A stretch of DNA of 64,000 nucleotides, from positions 9,793 to 73,792 of the IMG/VR virus record IMGVR_UViG_3300042879_003994. One strand, given 5' to 3'. Below are positions 8,045 to 17,631 of this stretch, piece by piece. This stretch comes from a virus. The translations under genes and the position numbers were made by a program. Position 1 is the first letter of the stretch; each line of letters opens with the position of its first letter. The notes under the pieces were generated by a model. The model saw only the letters and a program-made list of their open reading frames with translations, ran no database searches and was not told the DNA's origin.

Positions 8045-10300
8045 ATGAGTATAAAAGTAAAAAAAAGAAGTGGTTCAACTGAAAATTTTAATATAGAAAA
8101 AATTCATAGAGTAATCAACTGGGCAATTAAAGATTTGTCTAATGTAAGCTTAACCGACGTAGAGATTAACGCAAAGATTAGTATCAATGATGGTGTTACT
8201 ACTAAAGAGATTCATAAACTCTTAATTGAATCTGCAGCAAATTTGATATCAATAGAAAAACCTAATTATCAATATGTAGCCGGTAGACTTTTAAATTATC
8301 AATTGCGTAAGGATGTTTGGAAAGGTAAACATGCTCCCAGACTATTAGAATTTATTAATCAAGGTTTAAAAAATAAAATATATGATTCTATTATTCTAGA
8401 AAAATATGACGAAGATGAATTAAATAAGATGGGAGAATTTATAGATCATGAAAGAGACTATAATTTCACCTATGCTGGTATAAAACAATTATGCGATAAG
8501 TATCTTATTAAAGATCGCGTCACAGGTAAAATATATGAAACTCCGCAATTCGCTTACATATTAATTTCTGCCTATGCTTTTATAAATTATCCAAAAGAGA
8601 ATAGATTAAGTTATGTTCGTAAGTTCTATGACGCAATCAGTAAACATAAAATAAATCTTCCAACTCCTGTAATGGCTGGAGTAAGAACTCCAAGTAAAAA
8701 TTATGCAAGTTGCTGTTTAATTGGAGTAGATGATAGTAGGGATAGTATAACTGCTAGTGCTACAGCTGTAAGTATGGCTACTGCTAGTAGATGTGGGATT
8801 GGAATTGATGTATCAAAGATTAGAGCTATCGGTTCTCCAATTAAGAATGGGGAAGTCGTTCATACTGGTTTGATCCCATTTCTTAAAATTTATGAAAGTA
8901 GTGTTAAGGCGTGGCAACAAAATGGTCTTCGCGGAGGAAGTGCTACTTGCAATATTCAATGGTGGCATTATGAGATCGAAGACATTGTAGTGTTAAAAAA
9001 TAATGCAGGTACAGATGATAATCGCGTCCGCAAATTAGATTATACAGTCGGTATGAGTAAACTATTTTATGATAGAGTATTAAAAGATGAAGATGTTACA
9101 TTATTTAATACAGCTGAAGTTCCAGAACTATATGAAGCTTGGGGAACTAAAGACTTCGATAAGTTGTATAAAGAATGCGAATCTAAAAAACTAAAAATCA
9201 AGAAAAAAGTATCTGCTCGTAAATTATTCTCTTTAATTATCAAAGAAAGAGTAGAAACTGGTAGAATTTATATTCTTAACGTAGATCACGCTAATAATCA
9301 TGGAGCTTGGTTAGATAAAGTCACAATGAGTAATCTTTGTACTGAAGTTATCCACCCAACTACTCCATTAAATGACTATCACGACAAAAATGGCGAAATT
9401 GGTATGTGCATTCTTTCGGCAGTGAATATGCTAGAAATTAAAAACTGGCAGGATCTTGAAAAGACTTGCGATCTTATCGTAAGATTTCTAGATGAAATCA
9501 TTGAAATTCAAGATTACTTCAATATTGCTGCTGAAAATTTTGCAAAAAAACGTCGTAGTCTTGGAATTGGTATAACTAATTTGGCAGCCTATCTTGCTAA
9601 AAATGAATTAAAATACACCTCAGATAAAACACTTCCAATTCTTGATGAATGGATGGAACATTTTCAATACTACCTTTTAAAGTCAAGTTTAGAACTTGCT
9701 AAAGAAAAAGGTAAATGCGAAAAATTTGACAGGACAAAATACTCGAAAGGAATTCTACCTATTGATACTTACAAAGATAAAGTAGATGAATTATGTAAAA
9801 GGAAATTATCTCTTGATTGGGAAAAATTAAGAAAAGAAATAAAAGAATTTGGATTAAGACATTCTACATTATCATCTTGTATGCCATGCGAAAGTAGTTC
9901 TGTAATTCAATCTTCAACTAATGGCGTAGAACCAATTCGTAGTTTAATTACTTATAAAATGAGCAAGATGGGTAAGTTACCAGTACTAGTTCCTGGAGTT
10001 GGAAAGTATGATGAGAATTATGAATTAGCGTATGATTTTAAAGATAACTCAGGTTTATTAAAAATTAACGCTATTATTCAAAAGTATATTGACATGGCGA
10101 TATCAACTAATGTATACTATAATTATTCTCATTATGAAAATAATGTTCTTCCAGACGCAAAAGTAATGAAAGAAATTATGCAAGCATATTCTCTTGGTCT
10201 AATTAGTCTTTATTATAATAATACTGACGATGGCGATAAGGAGCAGCTAATGAATCAAAAAGAAGATCGCGATTGTTCTTCTGGAGCGTGTAAATTATAA
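8045..10300 (+). CDS. nrdA: Ribonucleotide reductase class Ia alpha subunit
   Basis: ATP cone (VKKRSG), ASCC, SNLCTE, CILSA, C-terminal SLYY and CSSGAC. Confidence 0.97.
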   Translation: MSIKVKKRSGSTENFNIEKIHRVINWAIKDLSNVSLTDVEINAKISINDGVTTKEIHKLLIESAANLISIEKPNYQYVAGRLLNYQLRKDVWKGKHAPRLLEFINQGLKNKIYDSIILEKYDEDELNKMGEFIDHERDYNFTYAGIKQLCDKYLIKDRVTGKIYETPQFAYILISAYAFINYPKENRLSYVRKFYDAISKHKINLPTPVMAGVRTPSKNYASCCLIGVDDSRDSITASATAVSMATASRCGIGIDVSKIRAIGSPIKNGEVVHTGLIPFLKIYESSVKAWQQNGLRGGSATCNIQWWHYEIEDIVVLKNNAGTDDNRVRKLDYTVGMSKLFYDRVLKDEDVTLFNTAEVPELYEAWGTKDFDKLYKECESKKLKIKKKVSARKLFSLIIKERVETGRIYILNVDHANNHGAWLDKVTMSNLCTEVIHPTTPLNDYHDKNGEIGMCILSAVNMLEIKNWQDLEKTCDLIVRFLDEIIEIQDYFNIAAENFAKKRRSLGIGITNLAAYLAKNELKYTSDKTLPILDEWMEHFQYYLLKSSLELAKEKGKCEKFDRTKYSKGILPIDTYKDKVDELCKRKLSLDWEKLRKEIKEFGLRHSTLSSCMPCESSSVIQSSTNGVEPIRSLITYKMSKMGKLPVLVPGVGKYDENYELAYDFKDNSGLLKINAIIQKYIDMAISTNVYYNYSHYENNVLPDAKVMKEIMQAYSLGLISLYYNNTDDGDKEQLMNQKEDRDCSSGACKL

Positions 10301-10303
10301 CCT

Positions 10304-11368
10304 ATGAAAAGTGTTTTAAATCTTAAAAATATAGATTATACAAAGCAACCATTATTCTTTGGAGAAGACCTTAATCTTCAAAGATATGATCGTTTTAAGT
10401 ATCCTATCTTTTTTGAGCTTTTTAAAAAACAAGAAGAATTTTTCTGGTGGCCTCACGAGATCGCTCTAAATAAAGATCGAAGCGACTATAAGGACCTAGC
10501 TGGTCAAGAAAGATTTGTATTTGATACTAATCTGAAATTTCAAACCCTTGGAGATAGTATGCTTTCTAGAAGTATTCATTCTCTTAAAGATTATGTAAGT
10601 AATCCAGAGCTTGAAATATGCATGAACACTTGGCAAAGATTTGAAGGAATTCATAGTTATTCTTACTCATATTTACTCAATAATGTTCATCCAGACGCTA
10701 GTAAGTTCTTTGATAGCATTATGGAAGACAAAGAGATTGTATCCCGCGCCGAATTAATAAGAAATAATTTTGATAAAATACTTGGAGATGATGATAAGAA
10801 AGATCTAAAACAGAAAATCTTTGATTGTATTCTTTCCGTTAATGTTATGGAAGGACTTGTGTTTTATGTATCATTTGCCTGTTCTTTTTATTTTGGATAT
10901 CGTGGAAAAATGGAAGGAAATGCTAAAATAATTAAATTTATTCAAAGAGATGAAGCGTTACATTTTGCTACAACTCAAAATCTAATTAAAATTCTAAAAG
11001 AAGAAGATAAGGAAGGTTTTACTTCTATAGTTAAGAAGAGCGAAGATAAAGTATACGCTTTTTATGAACAAGCTGCTAAAAATGAGATCGAATGGGCTGA
11101 ATATCTATTCAGTAAAGGTTCATTATTAGGTTTAAATGCTGAAGTATTAGGTGGTTATTCTAAATGGCTTTGTGATGCTCGTTTACGATCATTAGGATAT
11201 AAGAAAATTTTTAATCAAAAAGATAACCCAATATCTGGCTGGCTAGACAGTTATCTTGATAGTAGTAAAGTTCAAGTGGCTCCACAGGAAACAGAAATCT
11301 CAACTTACAAGATCGGAGCAAGAAAAACTGATATATCTGATGACGATTTCGGAGATATGAAGCTATAA
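10304..11368 (+). CDS. nrdB: Ribonucleotide reductase class Ia beta subunit
   Basis: FWWPHE, EGIHSYSY (radical Tyr), EGLVFYVSF, RDEALH, APQETE. Confidence 0.97.
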   Translation: MKSVLNLKNIDYTKQPLFFGEDLNLQRYDRFKYPIFFELFKKQEEFFWWPHEIALNKDRSDYKDLAGQERFVFDTNLKFQTLGDSMLSRSIHSLKDYVSNPELEICMNTWQRFEGIHSYSYSYLLNNVHPDASKFFDSIMEDKEIVSRAELIRNNFDKILGDDDKKDLKQKIFDCILSVNVMEGLVFYVSFACSFYFGYRGKMEGNAKIIKFIQRDEALHFATTQNLIKILKEEDKEGFTSIVKKSEDKVYAFYEQAAKNEIEWAEYLFSKGSLLGLNAEVLGGYSKWLCDARLRSLGYKKIFNQKDNPISGWLDSYLDSSKVQVAPQETEISTYKIGARKTDISDDDFGDMKL

Positions 11369-11380
11369 TATAATACAAAA

Positions 11381-11386
11381 GTGTAT
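11381..11386 (+). promoter_or_regulatory. GTGTAT variant of putative late promoter
   Basis: 8 nt before GTG 11395. Confidence 0.5.
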
Positions 11387-11394
11387 TATATAGT

Positions 11395-11595
11395 GTGAAC
11401 GAAAATAAGAAGAAAAAGAAAGTAAATCAACTTACAGTAAAAGAATGTGAAGCTATCCTAAATAGACTAGCTGGACAAGTAGAATGTAAGTACTATCAAC
11501 ATGTTTTAAATCACTATAGAAAGCTTTTACCTTCTCACGCGATGGCTATTGAATTATCCAATGTCCCAAGTGATAATAATGCAACTTTACCATAA
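11395..11595 (+). CDS. Hypothetical protein
   Basis: 66-aa ORF with the GTGTA motif 8 nt upstream. Confidence 0.6.
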   Translation: MNENKKKKKVNQLTVKECEAILNRLAGQVECKYYQHVLNHYRKLLPSHAMAIELSNVPSDNNATLP

Positions 11596-11621
11596 TTTAT
11601 ATAAAAAAATATAATCTATAA

Positions 11622-11627
11622 GTGTAA
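11622..11627 (+). promoter_or_regulatory. GTGTAA putative late promoter
   Basis: 8 nt before GTG 11636. Confidence 0.6.
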
Positions 11628-11635
11628 ATATATGT

Positions 11636-11974
11636 GTGAATTTAGATATCACAACAGTATTTAATCTTGTAATAGGAGCGTTATCATTCCTAGGCGGATG
11701 GCTTTTTACTAGAGTATTTTCTATATCTGATAGGCAAGAGAAGCTCATTAAAGATTTAAATGATAAAACTTTTAGTGATTTTATAGCTTTAAGAAAAGAA
11801 GTAGAAATTGAAAGTAGAAAACATCAGCAAGAGATAGCAGATTTAGCTCTAAAAGTCAGTACTACATATGTTACTAAAGAATCTTTTGAAGCATATTTTG
11901 ATAGAATTGAAGCAAAGCTTGATCGTAATTTTGAGACAATACAGCAATATTTAATGAATAAAAATAAAAATTAA
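11636..11974 (+). CDS. N-terminal TM plus coiled-coil protein (holin/lysis-associated candidate)
   Basis: Single TM (FNLVIGALSFLGGWLF), YVTKESF motif and amphipathic C-terminus. Confidence 0.55.
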   Translation: MNLDITTVFNLVIGALSFLGGWLFTRVFSISDRQEKLIKDLNDKTFSDFIALRKEVEIESRKHQQEIADLALKVSTTYVTKESFEAYFDRIEAKLDRNFETIQQYLMNKNKN

Positions 11975-11988
11975 CTGTAATAGTTAAT

Positions 11989-12504
11989 GTGACGGTTTCG
12001 GAAAGAGATATAGATTTTTTTGCTAAAAAGCTTGGCTTATCACCAGAAAAGACTTTTTTGCTTCTGCAAGATCCAGATTGCTTACCAGAAATACTAGAAA
12101 AAGTATCAGAAGATAATATAGATGGAATCGTAGACATTAGTTTTCCAGTCTTTACAGAATTAACTATAATAAAATATAGCAAAGATTTAGATTACTCATT
12201 TGAAGAAAAGGAATATATATCAGAGACTGTTGGCACAAAATTTTATGATCTTATAGAATATCCACTTCAAAATAAGTATTTTTTTACATTAGAACATAAT
12301 GAAGATACAGCGAGGTCTGTGTTGGTATTTCTTGGATTCTTTTATAAGAGTTTACATAAAACTAGAAGATGTTATCCTTCTGAAAGTATATACTTTAATA
12401 TAGCAAAAAATGGATTTATAAATTCAGATAAAGAAGAGATATCTTATCATCTAAAAGATTGGATTAAAGTATTAAGAATCATACATAATGAAGTTTGGTT
12501 TTAA
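11989..12504 (+). CDS. Conserved hypothetical helical protein, probably host-derived
   Basis: 171-aa ORF; CTGTAA 8 nt upstream; pattern recalls a bacterial uncharacterised family (see findings). Confidence 0.65.
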   Translation: MTVSERDIDFFAKKLGLSPEKTFLLLQDPDCLPEILEKVSEDNIDGIVDISFPVFTELTIIKYSKDLDYSFEEKEYISETVGTKFYDLIEYPLQNKYFFTLEHNEDTARSVLVFLGFFYKSLHKTRRCYPSESIYFNIAKNGFINSDKEEISYHLKDWIKVLRIIHNEVWF

Positions 12505-12509
12505 TACGA

Positions 12510-12836
12510 AATCCTCAAATTATTTAACTTTTCTTTGATATCCAAAAGGGCTTTACCTCCAGATTTTATATATCTGAAGTTGGGTATTATCAATCCAACT
12601 TTTCTTTTGACTCCAAATTTACCGCAATCTCAGCGATAAACGGGCCATCGCACTTATGGGTCAGAGGTAGCTTCGACCACTACATTCTGCGATGCCTATA
12701 GCTACATTCCCTTCAAAAGCCATATTATGTACAAAAGAAGGTTTTAATAGTTGTCAGCCCTTTAGACATTGCTATCTCAAGGATTGATAGTTGATTATTT
12801 GACATCAACAAACTGCTCTAATTGGAAGCTATGTTA
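12510..12836 (-). ncRNA. Candidate large structured ncRNA, family not recognised
   Basis: Large gap with no ORF; GC higher than the flanks; many helices, including a GCAA-capped hairpin; near-consensus promoter just upstream. Confidence 0.65.
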
Positions 12837-12842
12837 ATTTAT

Positions 12843-12871
12843 ATACTATTATTTTTTTATTTTTTTGTCAA
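12843..12871 (-). promoter_or_regulatory. sigma70-type promoter driving the candidate ncRNA
   Basis: TTGACA(12871-12866)-17nt-TAGTAT(12848-12843). Confidence 0.75.
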
Positions 12872-12890
12872 ATCTTTTTATAATATATAA

Positions 12891-13100
12891 ATGGAAATAA
12901 TTAAAAGTAAAGCCAAATGGTCGGTTTATTCTCAAAAGTGCGTAAAGCATTATAATATAAACAATGAGAATATTTATGATGAACCTACTGAATATCCATG
13001 TATTGCTATTCCTCAATTAATATCAGATATAAATGGTTCAAGAGTTAAATTCAGTTTTGTTTATAAAAAAGATTGCCAAAAACTTTTAAAAGCTTTATAA
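12891..13100 (+). CDS. Hypothetical protein
   Basis: 69-aa ORF; TATAAT 6 nt upstream. Confidence 0.6.
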   Translation: MEIIKSKAKWSVYSQKCVKHYNINNENIYDEPTEYPCIAIPQLISDINGSRVKFSFVYKKDCQKLLKAL

Positions 13101-13101
13101 T

Positions 13102-13107
13102 GTGTAA
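13102..13107 (+). promoter_or_regulatory. GTGTAA putative late promoter of tmRNA
   Basis: 22 nt before the predicted mature tmRNA 5' end. Confidence 0.5.
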
Positions 13108-13129
13108 AATATATAAGTTCTTTCTCATT

Positions 13130-13519
13130 GGGCCTGAATTTGGTTTCGATTTTAGTAATAGGAATTAGAATGCAAGTAGAGGTTTAGGTGGGTCTCTTTA
13201 AAAAACCTTAAAAGTATTAACTGCCAAAACAGCCAAATACAAAGGTCATATCTCTGCTAGAGTTTCTCTAGTCGAGGAGACCGTTTCTGTAGCTTAAGTT
13301 CTACAGCGTGATTACCATGACACATCTATTGGATAATTGCGTATTTAGATGTCTCTGATTATAAAGTTTTTTTATTCTTTATTGTCATTGTATTCAAAAT
13401 AAACTCGCTTAGTATGTTTGTTCTTTTCCCTATACAAAGCTAAAAATAAAAAGAAATAAACTTGTAGTATTTTAATTTAAATTATCTAAAAGACCTCGGT
13501 TCAACTCCGAGCAGGTCCA
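13130..13519 (+). ncRNA. ssrA: tmRNA; tag ORF 13223..13297, (A)AKTAKYKGHISARVSLVEETVSVA*
   Basis: 5' GGGCCTGAATTTGGTTTCGA; acceptor stem GGGCCTG/CAGGTCC-A with G3:U; T-arm CTCGG-TTCAACT-CCGAG; TAACT-GCC resume context; CCA not encoded. Confidence 0.92.
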
Positions 13520-13571
13520 AGTAAACTTATGATAAATTCACATAATAATATGTGTATATATATTATAGATT

Positions 13572-14873
13572 ATGATCATAGAAAATGATAAAGTAGTATT
13601 AGTAGATTTAGATGATGTATCTAGCGCTACTTTTGCCGGTACATGTACTTCATGCGGTGGAGAAAATAGTTATTTCTCAAGAAAAATGGGAGATTTATAT
13701 TATATAAATGTATCAGCAAATAATTCGGGACCATTTACATCAAATGCAAAGGCATCTTTTGATCCAAAAGGTAAAATATTGCCAGGAACTGTAAAAGTAT
13801 ATACATGCAGAAAAGATGAAAAACCTCCAGTATTTGTTTCAAATACCTTATCTGAAGTTGAACAAAATATTACATTTTTCTATAACGCTTTTAGAACAAC
13901 AGATACAGCGCTAGATGCAGATTTAGTCTCAAAAATGGCTTTAGCAATGAAAGAGTATTATGTATTTGGAGATACTAAGAAAAAATGCGAAGAACAAATG
14001 TATAAAGATTTTCCAACCAAAATCTATCAATCAAAAGCATTTGGACCATTATTAGAAAAATGGACGAATCTTAGATTTCCAGTTTCATTTTATAAGCAAG
14101 CAATTAAAGATATTAGAACTGTTTATACTCCAGATATAAACATTACATGTAAGCCAATGATTTCAATGTGCCCAGATGGTTCAAATGCAACGATAACAGT
14201 AGTTAAAAAAGATGGAACAACTGAGACTTATTGTAAATCTGCACTTATAGTAATTAATAGAAGTTCAGATTTTGGTTATCGTATTAATAAAATTGTAACA
14301 GGTGACGATTTAGAAAATACCGCTTTATCAAACTGGTCTGAGTATCTATCAGCAAATAGTTCAGCGTATCAACAAGGCATTTTAACTAGGGCGGAGGCAG
14401 CACTTAATAGTACGCTTCCAAATAGAGTAATTACTTATAAACCAGCCGGTGAAAATGGAGCAATATTTAGATTTAGACTCTCAAATAGTTTAAGTAATGT
14501 ATTTAGTATACAAGTTGCAATTCCAATTGGTTCTGGTCCAGAATTTGGTCAAAATTGGTTTTATACACCAGTTACAACATTTGCTGTTAGCATACCTGCC
14601 ATCGCTCGAATGTATAATCAATATCAAAATTTATTAGCCAATCAAAGAGCTTTAGCTGAAGCACGAAGAACGGCGAATAATGCAGCAATTATAAATCCAG
14701 ATCCACAAGTTACAACGCCCCCAACAACGATAGATTACAACGTGGATAATCCAGTAAATACTCCCCCAGAGTTTCCAGTAAATCCAAATATAACAGATCC
14801 TATAAATAATGCAACCCCAGATGGAACTTACGGCGGAAATTCTGGAGCTTTTGATATAGGCGCTGACCAATAA
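13572..14873 (+). CDS. Hypothetical protein with Pro/Thr/Asn-rich C-terminus, possibly virion-associated
   Basis: 433 aa; CTSC near the N-terminus; GTGTAT at 13552-13557. Confidence 0.7.
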   Translation: MIIENDKVVLVDLDDVSSATFAGTCTSCGGENSYFSRKMGDLYYINVSANNSGPFTSNAKASFDPKGKILPGTVKVYTCRKDEKPPVFVSNTLSEVEQNITFFYNAFRTTDTALDADLVSKMALAMKEYYVFGDTKKKCEEQMYKDFPTKIYQSKAFGPLLEKWTNLRFPVSFYKQAIKDIRTVYTPDINITCKPMISMCPDGSNATITVVKKDGTTETYCKSALIVINRSSDFGYRINKIVTGDDLENTALSNWSEYLSANSSAYQQGILTRAEAALNSTLPNRVITYKPAGENGAIFRFRLSNSLSNVFSIQVAIPIGSGPEFGQNWFYTPVTTFAVSIPAIARMYNQYQNLLANQRALAEARRTANNAAIINPDPQVTTPPTTIDYNVDNPVNTPPEFPVNPNITDPINNATPDGTYGGNSGAFDIGADQ

Positions 14874-14923
14874 TAAATATTATTTAATTTAGATTATATA
14901 TTTATTAGTTCAATAATACATTA

Positions 14924-15889
14924 TTGAACATACTTTGGCCAGATATTCATAAAAATCTCACAAGAAATATAGCAAAAGCATTCTCCTTGCTTGGACATAA
15001 TCTCATTTTACCAAGCGATGAATATATACCAACAAATTTACCACCAAAACAATTTAATCAATGGGTTTGGAATACTTCTTGGACTCAAGAAAAAATAAAC
15101 CTAGAATTCTCCACTAATAATATTAAAGTATTAAATAAAGAACAAATCCTTGATCTTAAACCAGAAGTAGTATTTATTACAAGTTTTGAGAGCCAGTTCG
15201 AAATTCTAAATGAGATTTGGCCGCACCTTAAAGATAAAAGTAAACTAGCTTGCTATAGCGGAAATGATTATTGGGATGGAGCGTACCCATTTTATATTAT
15301 TAAAAATTATTTATGTGCAGATTATGTTGGTTATATACTAGCCAACAAATATAAAGTAAATCATCTTTATTACAAACCTTGGATAGATTATGATAGATGT
15401 ACTTTTGATGGACCAACGGATGGCAATATAATTGGGGTCTATATCTCAGAATATGAAAAGAACTTTAATCAAGAATATAATATGAGTCGCGAATTACAGA
15501 AAATAACACCATATATAGATTATCATTATCATACGAATAGTTCTCAAGAAGAGCTTACTAAAACTTTAAAATCAAGTATAGCTACCCAACATATCAAACA
15601 TCTCGAAGGATATGGGATAGCAATTATTGAAAGTATGGCTTGTGGAAAACCAGTATTTATGCATCGTAAAATGGCGCAAAATAAAAGTCTTATGCAGTGG
15701 AGCATAGAGAATGTAACAGCCTTATTTTTTGAAAGTGAAATTGAATATATCGCTAAATTAAAAGCTCTATACGAAAGCAAAGACTATAGATATTTTCTAC
15801 AGAATACCACGGCTTATGTAATTCGTCAAATTATAGATAACCAAAGAGAAACGGAAAAGCTTGGACATTTTCTTAATAATCTAGTATAA
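14924..15889 (+). CDS. GT-B (GT4-like) glycosyltransferase
   Basis: EGYGIAIIESMACGKPV motif. Confidence 0.85.
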   Translation: MNILWPDIHKNLTRNIAKAFSLLGHNLILPSDEYIPTNLPPKQFNQWVWNTSWTQEKINLEFSTNNIKVLNKEQILDLKPEVVFITSFESQFEILNEIWPHLKDKSKLACYSGNDYWDGAYPFYIIKNYLCADYVGYILANKYKVNHLYYKPWIDYDRCTFDGPTDGNIIGVYISEYEKNFNQEYNMSRELQKITPYIDYHYHTNSSQEELTKTLKSSIATQHIKHLEGYGIAIIESMACGKPVFMHRKMAQNKSLMQWSIENVTALFFESEIEYIAKLKALYESKDYRYFLQNTTAYVIRQIIDNQRETEKLGHFLNNLV

Positions 15890-15897
15890 TTTTCATA

Positions 15898-16734
15898 GTG
15901 AAAATTTGGCTCTGCGGTATCACTCAAGATGAAAAGCAGAATATTGATGATATGACTAAAGATATATATCAATATTTTGATGGTCTTATTTTTGTAGATG
16001 GAGGATCAAAAGACGGGACGTTGGAAGTATTAAATGCAAGAAAAGGACAAGGAAAGATCATAAATAGAGAATGGTCAAATGACCACGATCTTCAAATGAA
16101 TGGCTTCTTAAGATCAAATGTAATGCAAAATGGTGATTGGTTTATTATTCGCGATAGTTGTGAAAGATTGAATATTGATTGGACTAAAAATTTACGTAAT
16201 TTTATAGAAAATTTCTTGGATAAAAATAAAATAAATAGCTGCGTTGATAGACAAAAAGCTTTTCTTGTTAAGTATTTTGATGATATGATATTCCAAGGTA
16301 GCCCACATTGGGGATTGCAAGGTATGCGGCCAGGTTACATTGATCTTTATGAATATTATGGTAAAAATCAGCAGTTATTTGCATGGGAAGAAAGACCATC
16401 TCAAAGAAAACACTATATTGATAGCGATATGAAGTATTACTTTGTTTATGGAAGATCAAATCATTGCGTACTTCATTATTATGACAATGGCAAAACTCCA
16501 GAAAAATATCAACAGCAAGAAGAAATTAGACAAACATTTAGAAGATATTGTGAAAGTTTAAATATTAAATTTAGCCTAGAGTCATTAAAAAATTTTTGGA
16601 GAAAGAATTCAATTGATGAAAAAATGAAGTTCTTTATCAATAACGAAAGGCTTATTAGAAGATTCTATAGATTAAATATTTTAAACCATTCGCTAGATCT
16701 AATTGATTCATCAGAAGAATGGAAGCTACAATGA
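15898..16734 (+). CDS. GT2-like glycosyltransferase
   Basis: IFVDGGSKDGT and WFIIRDSCE. Confidence 0.8.
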   Translation: MKIWLCGITQDEKQNIDDMTKDIYQYFDGLIFVDGGSKDGTLEVLNARKGQGKIINREWSNDHDLQMNGFLRSNVMQNGDWFIIRDSCERLNIDWTKNLRNFIENFLDKNKINSCVDRQKAFLVKYFDDMIFQGSPHWGLQGMRPGYIDLYEYYGKNQQLFAWEERPSQRKHYIDSDMKYYFVYGRSNHCVLHYYDNGKTPEKYQQQEEIRQTFRRYCESLNIKFSLESLKNFWRKNSIDEKMKFFINNERLIRRFYRLNILNHSLDLIDSSEEWKLQ

Positions 16735-17630
16735 AGCTTATAGATTGTTTTATGTATTTTAATGAAAAGGATATAGCCTATCTTAGAATTAAGGAATTAT
16801 ATGATGTTGTAGACTATTTTATAATTAACGAAGCCACAAGAACTCATCAAGGGCAAGATAAACAGATATCTTTTTGGAAAGACGACAGACTCCAAGAATT
16901 CAAAGATAAGATAATTTATTCATCAATAGAGCTGGACGGAAGATTTGATGATTTTATGCCTAAATTTTTCCCAGACGCAAAGATTGGCGCAAAAGAACAC
17001 GAGCAGAGAATAAGGCTTTTTGAGCAAATTGAAAAATTAAATTTATCAAATCTAGACACAATAATGATATCAGACTGCGATGAAATACCTAATAAAAATG
17101 TATTTCAAGAAATGATTAATTACCCAATAGTAGCATTGAATCAAATGTTTTTTGTTCACTACATTGATGTCTATACAAATAAAAATGTAACTGGAACAGT
17201 AGCATGTAAATACGAAGGACTAAAACATCTTAATAGTTTATCTAATAATATGGGTCTTCAAATATTAAGAAGAGATAAAGATTTTATGCCAAGGATAGAG
17301 AATGGAGGCTGGCACTATTCTTACATGGGAGGAGCCAAATCAGTTAGTCAAAAAGTAGTATCAACATACGATGGTAATTTAAATTCTCAATGGAAAACGG
17401 AAGAAGCATCTCAAAAATTAATCGATGATAGCATTAAGAATAAACAAAGCCCATTCTCTCAAGAACCAATTAGTATCTTAGATTTTAAGTACGCAACATT
17501 TGCCGAGTTAAACTTTATAACAGCAAAACAAGGAGGATGGCAAAAAGCTTCAGCAAGATGTCAGTTACATCCTAAAGTTTTAGAGTTAGATTTTAATGGA
17601 GATTTTGAGCATCTAAGATATAAAAAATAA
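16731..17630 (+). CDS. GT17-family (beta-1,4-GlcNAc transferase-like) glycosyltransferase
   Basis: IDCFMYFNE, VVDYFIINEA..THQG, EQR, ISDCDEIP, GGWHYSY; start moved to the ATGA overlap. Confidence 0.85.
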   Translation: MKLIDCFMYFNEKDIAYLRIKELYDVVDYFIINEATRTHQGQDKQISFWKDDRLQEFKDKIIYSSIELDGRFDDFMPKFFPDAKIGAKEHEQRIRLFEQIEKLNLSNLDTIMISDCDEIPNKNVFQEMINYPIVALNQMFFVHYIDVYTNKNVTGTVACKYEGLKHLNSLSNNMGLQILRRDKDFMPRIENGGWHYSYMGGAKSVSQKVVSTYDGNLNSQWKTEEASQKLIDDSIKNKQSPFSQEPISILDFKYATFAELNFITAKQGGWQKASARCQLHPKVLELDFNGDFEHLRYKK

Positions 17631-17631
17631 A

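Noticed and set aside
12619-12805. Small minus-strand ORFs (MSNNQL..., MAFEGN...) in the 12.5-12.8 kb gap
   Set aside because: Only 20-26 codons with no SD, and the dense base-pairing explains the region better as RNA; not fully excluded
12510-12836. RNase P RNA or group I intron
   Set aside because: No GAGGAAAGUCC/P4 signature, no P/Q/R/S elements and no interrupted gene
13490-13519. Stand-alone tRNA
   Set aside because: The T-arm and acceptor 3' strand pair with 13130-13136 and belong to the tmRNA; there is no anticodon arm
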